From Vicugna vicugna (taxonomy: Eukaryota): a stretch of DNA of 64,000 nucleotides. Shown here in pieces: positions 60,206 to 64,000 of the stretch. The first letter of the stretch is position 1; each line of letters begins with the position of its first letter. The translations under genes were made by a program, and so were the position numbers. Location: positions 4,878,716 through 4,942,715 of the forward strand of contig MU058337.1 of assembly GCA_013265495.1 (NCBI GenBank), written 5' to 3'. The notes beneath the pieces were generated by a model. That model did not search any database. It was not told the DNA's origin and was given only the letters and a program-made list of their open reading frames with translations.

Positions 60206-62858
60206 GGATTCAACTTTTGCATTAAGTTTGTATTTTTTCACTATAATGTGGATAAAGTTAGCATCAAAATACGTTTAATGTGTCATTTACACCACTGAAA
60301 CCATTCACAGGATCGTCGTCTTTTCATAGTGATAACGTATTTGGATTTCTAATGATGTTAATGTGTGACGATTGTCATCATGCCACGTGATGCCCTGCCA
60401 AACACTTTTAGTTCTCAGTTGGTACTCAGGTACCATGAGAAGGCAGTGGTGTTTTCTTACTTGGAGAATATTCTTTCCATCCCATGTATTTGCTTTGGGC
60501 CCGAGTGACTTGCCTCCACAAAATAGAAGAATTTGAATTGTCTAAGAGTTAGTTTTTAAATTTTTTGGCTTTATAGTCAAATATAGATTTACAGCTAAGA
60601 AATCATTGTTGTTCAGACTCTTTAATTGCTACTGTAGCCAATAATAATTGGCAAAATTAAATATTTGGTTAATCTGCTTAATGATAAATATCACTCAAAT
60701 TCAAGCATTATATAGAAGGAAATAGTCATAAATGTAAGAGGGCCGTTTAGCATAATTTATTTTCTGTGTGTGGAATGTTTTCAGCGATAATATTTGACTT
60801 CAAATAATGCTAATATGTTCTCTTATGTATCTGTTGGAAATAGATACATGATTATTAGCTCTGGTGACAAAGTTGAAGGTAACTATTCTACATTTGTTTT
60901 CGACTTTTTAAAGTAACCTGTTAGAATGACATAGGACTTCTGAAGTTTGGGGAATGGTGAAGTTCTAGCAATTAGAATTTAGGAATAAATTTATAGACAG
61001 AGTTCTATTATCTCTTCTTGTTAGTTTCTCTAGGGTGATATGTCACCATTGTGTTCAGTAGCTCCTGTAAGAATATGGTATCTTTGCTCAGGAAACTCTT
61101 GAATGTTTGATGGGCAGTGCTTTTCTTCAGAATCCAACCATTTTTTTTCCCTTTTGAAAGGGTCTTGAAAATGGAATCTCATTGCTTAATGTCTTTTTAT
61201 TCCACCACATGCCTCCTTGTAGCTCTTTAAATTTCTGTAAATATTTCCTGCCTAGCCTGGGCTACATTATGCCCTTTAAATATTTGTTCATGGCTTTTTA
61301 TCCTCCTTACCATTTGGCCAACTTAAAATTGTTTAACTCTATTAATCTTTCTGCATAAGTAAATGCCACCAGCACCTTAATCATTTCTGTGGCTTAGATT
61401 GTTCAATCATTACCTCATCCTCATTCCAGCAAATGAGCTCACCGCTGATTTCACGAAGAGAATTTCATGCTGAGGCCAACCTTGCCGCAGAGAAGACTGA
61501 AGGCATCTGCTGTCTGCCTTCTCTCTGCGGGGTGAGGTCTGGCTTGAACGGAGGGATGAAGAGACTGGACCACACGTATGAAAGACGGAAGTGTTTGTCT
61601 TGGCTTCATGCCTGACGCATTCAAGGATAATGTAGGGAAAGTAACCAAACATCTTCACTGAACCTGAGAGGACTAGGGGCGTTGTAGATCACATCTCTTC
61701 CTTACATCCCCACCGCAGGAAACAGGTGGAATTATTTTCATTTTCATGGATGGGAGAAAGTGAAGAAATTTTTCCAAGGACTCATCCTTGGCAGAAGTAT
61801 TTGAATGCTGATCTGACTGATACAAGGTGTACATTTTTAGAATTAACTCAGTGGATCTTAAATAATAATAGAATTCAGCATTATATTCCAGTAGCTTTCT
61901 GGATTCACCCCTGGGATGGGCTAGAATGTGAACCACAAGGTTTGCCTCTGCTCAGTCTCTGTGTTCTCCCACAGCAGCCACTGTGACCAGCGATGCTGCA
62001 CGCAGGATAACTGCCTCACCCAGAAGTGTGTCTCCAGCTCTGTCTCCAATTTTCCATCTCTGTCCAATGCTTGGGCCACCAGGGCAGTGAGCTGGACAGA
62101 ACGGCAGGGCCCACGCAGGTCCATTCCGTAATCTCAGAGATTCCCTTTTGGGGTAAGCCATCCCCGGTGGTGTAGCAATGCTGAAGTTTTCCTCTAAGGT
62201 CTGGAGTATCTTATGTTTGCCAGACTTTTATATTCTGCATCCCAAGGCCTTTGTATTTTGAAAGCTATATAGGTAATAAAAATTGCAGAAGTGTTGAGAA
62301 TACGCAGTTAATAAGCAAAGGTTTCCTCTTCCCCTGTTACTGCTGCTGAGCTGATGCAATTTTGTCATTAGAAATGTCCCTGGTACCCAGTGCTCCCCTG
62401 ACCGTTACAGTTTTACTTTCTGGATGGTTCATTGTTGTCGGGTCAAGTGAAGCCAAGACTTAAGTAGTACAATATTAGGTCCTTTTTTGCAACAGCTTCA
62501 CCAGCAACTCAGCCTGAGCATAAAATTTTCATATCTGCGTGGGTTTTCCTTCTGCCCCACGATAGTAGTAGCAAGGGGTTATTTCAGCACAGTCTCCTTA
62601 AATTCATTCATGTATAACACAAATATACCTATTTACTTACTTTTTGGAAAGGAAACTCAGAACTTCGCTGTATGTCCTCACAGTTGACTAGCTTCATAAC
62701 ACTGTTCCTTTTTTTTTTTTTTAATTTTACTCTTTCACCCGACACAATGGCCACTTGTTGTCTTCTGAGGTAGGCTCAATGATATTTTTTTTCTTAAAAA
62801 TCGAATGCCAGGAAATACCCCAAATCTCACCTGCAAGGCCTCTCTCATGCATTCCTAT

Positions 62859-62860
<2 letters not shown>

Positions 62861-62900
<40 letters not shown>
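62861..62900. repeat. (CA)20 perfect microsatellite
   Basis: Read directly from the sequence. Confidence 0.97.
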
Positions 62901-62903
<3 letters not shown>

Positions 62904-63593
62904 CAGCCCCGCCCAGGCGTGGACGCGGGGCCTCCCTCTGCCTCTTGCTGAGCAAACCTCGGCAAGTCTGTTAACACCCGGAGACCTCTCTGCAACTGGC
63001 TGGACAAGATGATTTGGAAGAATACTTTGTAGCTTTGAATTCTCTTGCTCATTCATCTAGAAGCCTATATATGGGTTAGGCTAGAGAAAATCAAGACGGA
63101 GCTACGTTCCTTTGCCACAGGGACTGTATTCACGTTAAAACGGCATCTACAGAGTAGAACTGTCCCTTCAACGTTCTGTTCGCAGTGTCTGTATCCCTGT
63201 CCCCTGTCCCCTATCCCAAAATCCCGTCCCCTCACATGTCCCCAAACCCTGTGCTGTCCCATTGACTTTGGTCCCAGGCTTCCTGTTGGCTGGTCACTAA
63301 ACACAGCCTGAAGATACTTGGTTAATTACCCCTGTGTATTACATTTATTTCACCTCTTATAATTTATTGTCCAAACAATTGCCATCTTACCTATTGTTCA
63401 AGTTTGAGACAATTGCAGCTGAGGGTGCTTTTATTGTCCCCTCCCTTCTTCCCTCTCCCCTTCTCTGTGTTCAAGTGTGAGAAAGGGAAAGTATGTAGTG
63501 TGTGTGTATGTGAGTGTGAATAAAAGATTAATGTGAAGCATGCTAGGTGATGCAGATATCACATGAAGCTTTATAAAAACAAAATAAGTACTA

Positions 63594-63648
63594 ATATATA
63601 TATACACACACATATATATACACATATATATACACATACATATATACG
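63594..63648. repeat. Compound (TA)/(CA) microsatellite
   Basis: atatatatatacacacacatatatatacacatatatatacacatacatatatac. Confidence 0.85.
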
Positions 63649-64000
63649 TACTTAAAGTTGGTGTGCTCACACATGTGAATATTGAGACAGAAAATGAAAA
63701 AACAAGCCTACTTAGATCTCTACTAAAAGTCAATTTCATGCCTCCCAGGACTTCTAGAATGCAGTTTTTCAGGTGCCTTTATTTGTTTTTTCTTAACAAA
63801 TCTCTTTCTATTTTTCTGGGGTTGGCATCTGAACAGATTTTTTTTTTTTAATTTAAACTTTACTGCTTAAGACCCGGTCTCACTAGCTACTGAGCCAAAA
63901 CCCATTTGAAAGGACTAAAGCTTCAATGAGGAAATATGGAAACAATGACAAGCCTGGAAAAAAAGGTGTAACTAAAATGAGTGCTCCCCCCACCCTCACC

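Noticed and set aside
52238..64000. FGF14 exon 2 ([24 protein letters not shown])
   Set aside because: No such coding sequence seen by eye or in the ORF track; it presumably lies beyond the window.
1..64000. Remaining 60-190 aa ORFs, and prokaryote-type systems (CRISPR, operons, defence loci), rRNA or tRNA
   Set aside because: The ORFs are random or repeat-derived with no recognisable domains; no spaced direct-repeat arrays or structural RNA genes were seen in this mammalian intronic DNA.

Overview
Mammalian genomic DNA from the FGF14 (FHF4) locus, with the gene on the + strand. The only protein-coding sequence I can firmly support is FGF14 exon 1A (CDS 51902-52094; [18 protein letters not shown]...KKRRLRRQ plus a phase-1 G), which sits in a CpG island. 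From the known gene structure, the upstream ~51 kb should lie in the large first intron of the distal-promoter isoform (FGF14-1b); neither exon 1B nor exon 2 is visible. The rest is AT-rich intronic DNA with L1, L2, MIR, MaLR/ERV LTR and hAT/TcMar relics. The young L1 3' ends, and the lack of recognisable Alu/B1/Bov-A/PRE-1 SINEs, suggest a cetartiodactyl, probably a camelid. I found no novel multi-gene system. The best leads are regulatory: (i) a near-canonical REST/RE1 site in a second CpG-rich patch ~3 kb upstream of exon 1A; (ii) a candidate alternative exon at 4843-4963 giving a phase-compatible MALHRHR N-terminus reminiscent of FGF13-1U; (iii) a strong-Kozak uORF in frame with FGF14-1a and separated from it by a single TGA; (iv) a (CGG)7 tract inside a near-cognate poly-Gly upstream ORF; (v) an L1-into-L1 inverted insertion with a clear target-site duplication. 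Repeat family names come from recalled consensus sequences and their boundaries are approximate.
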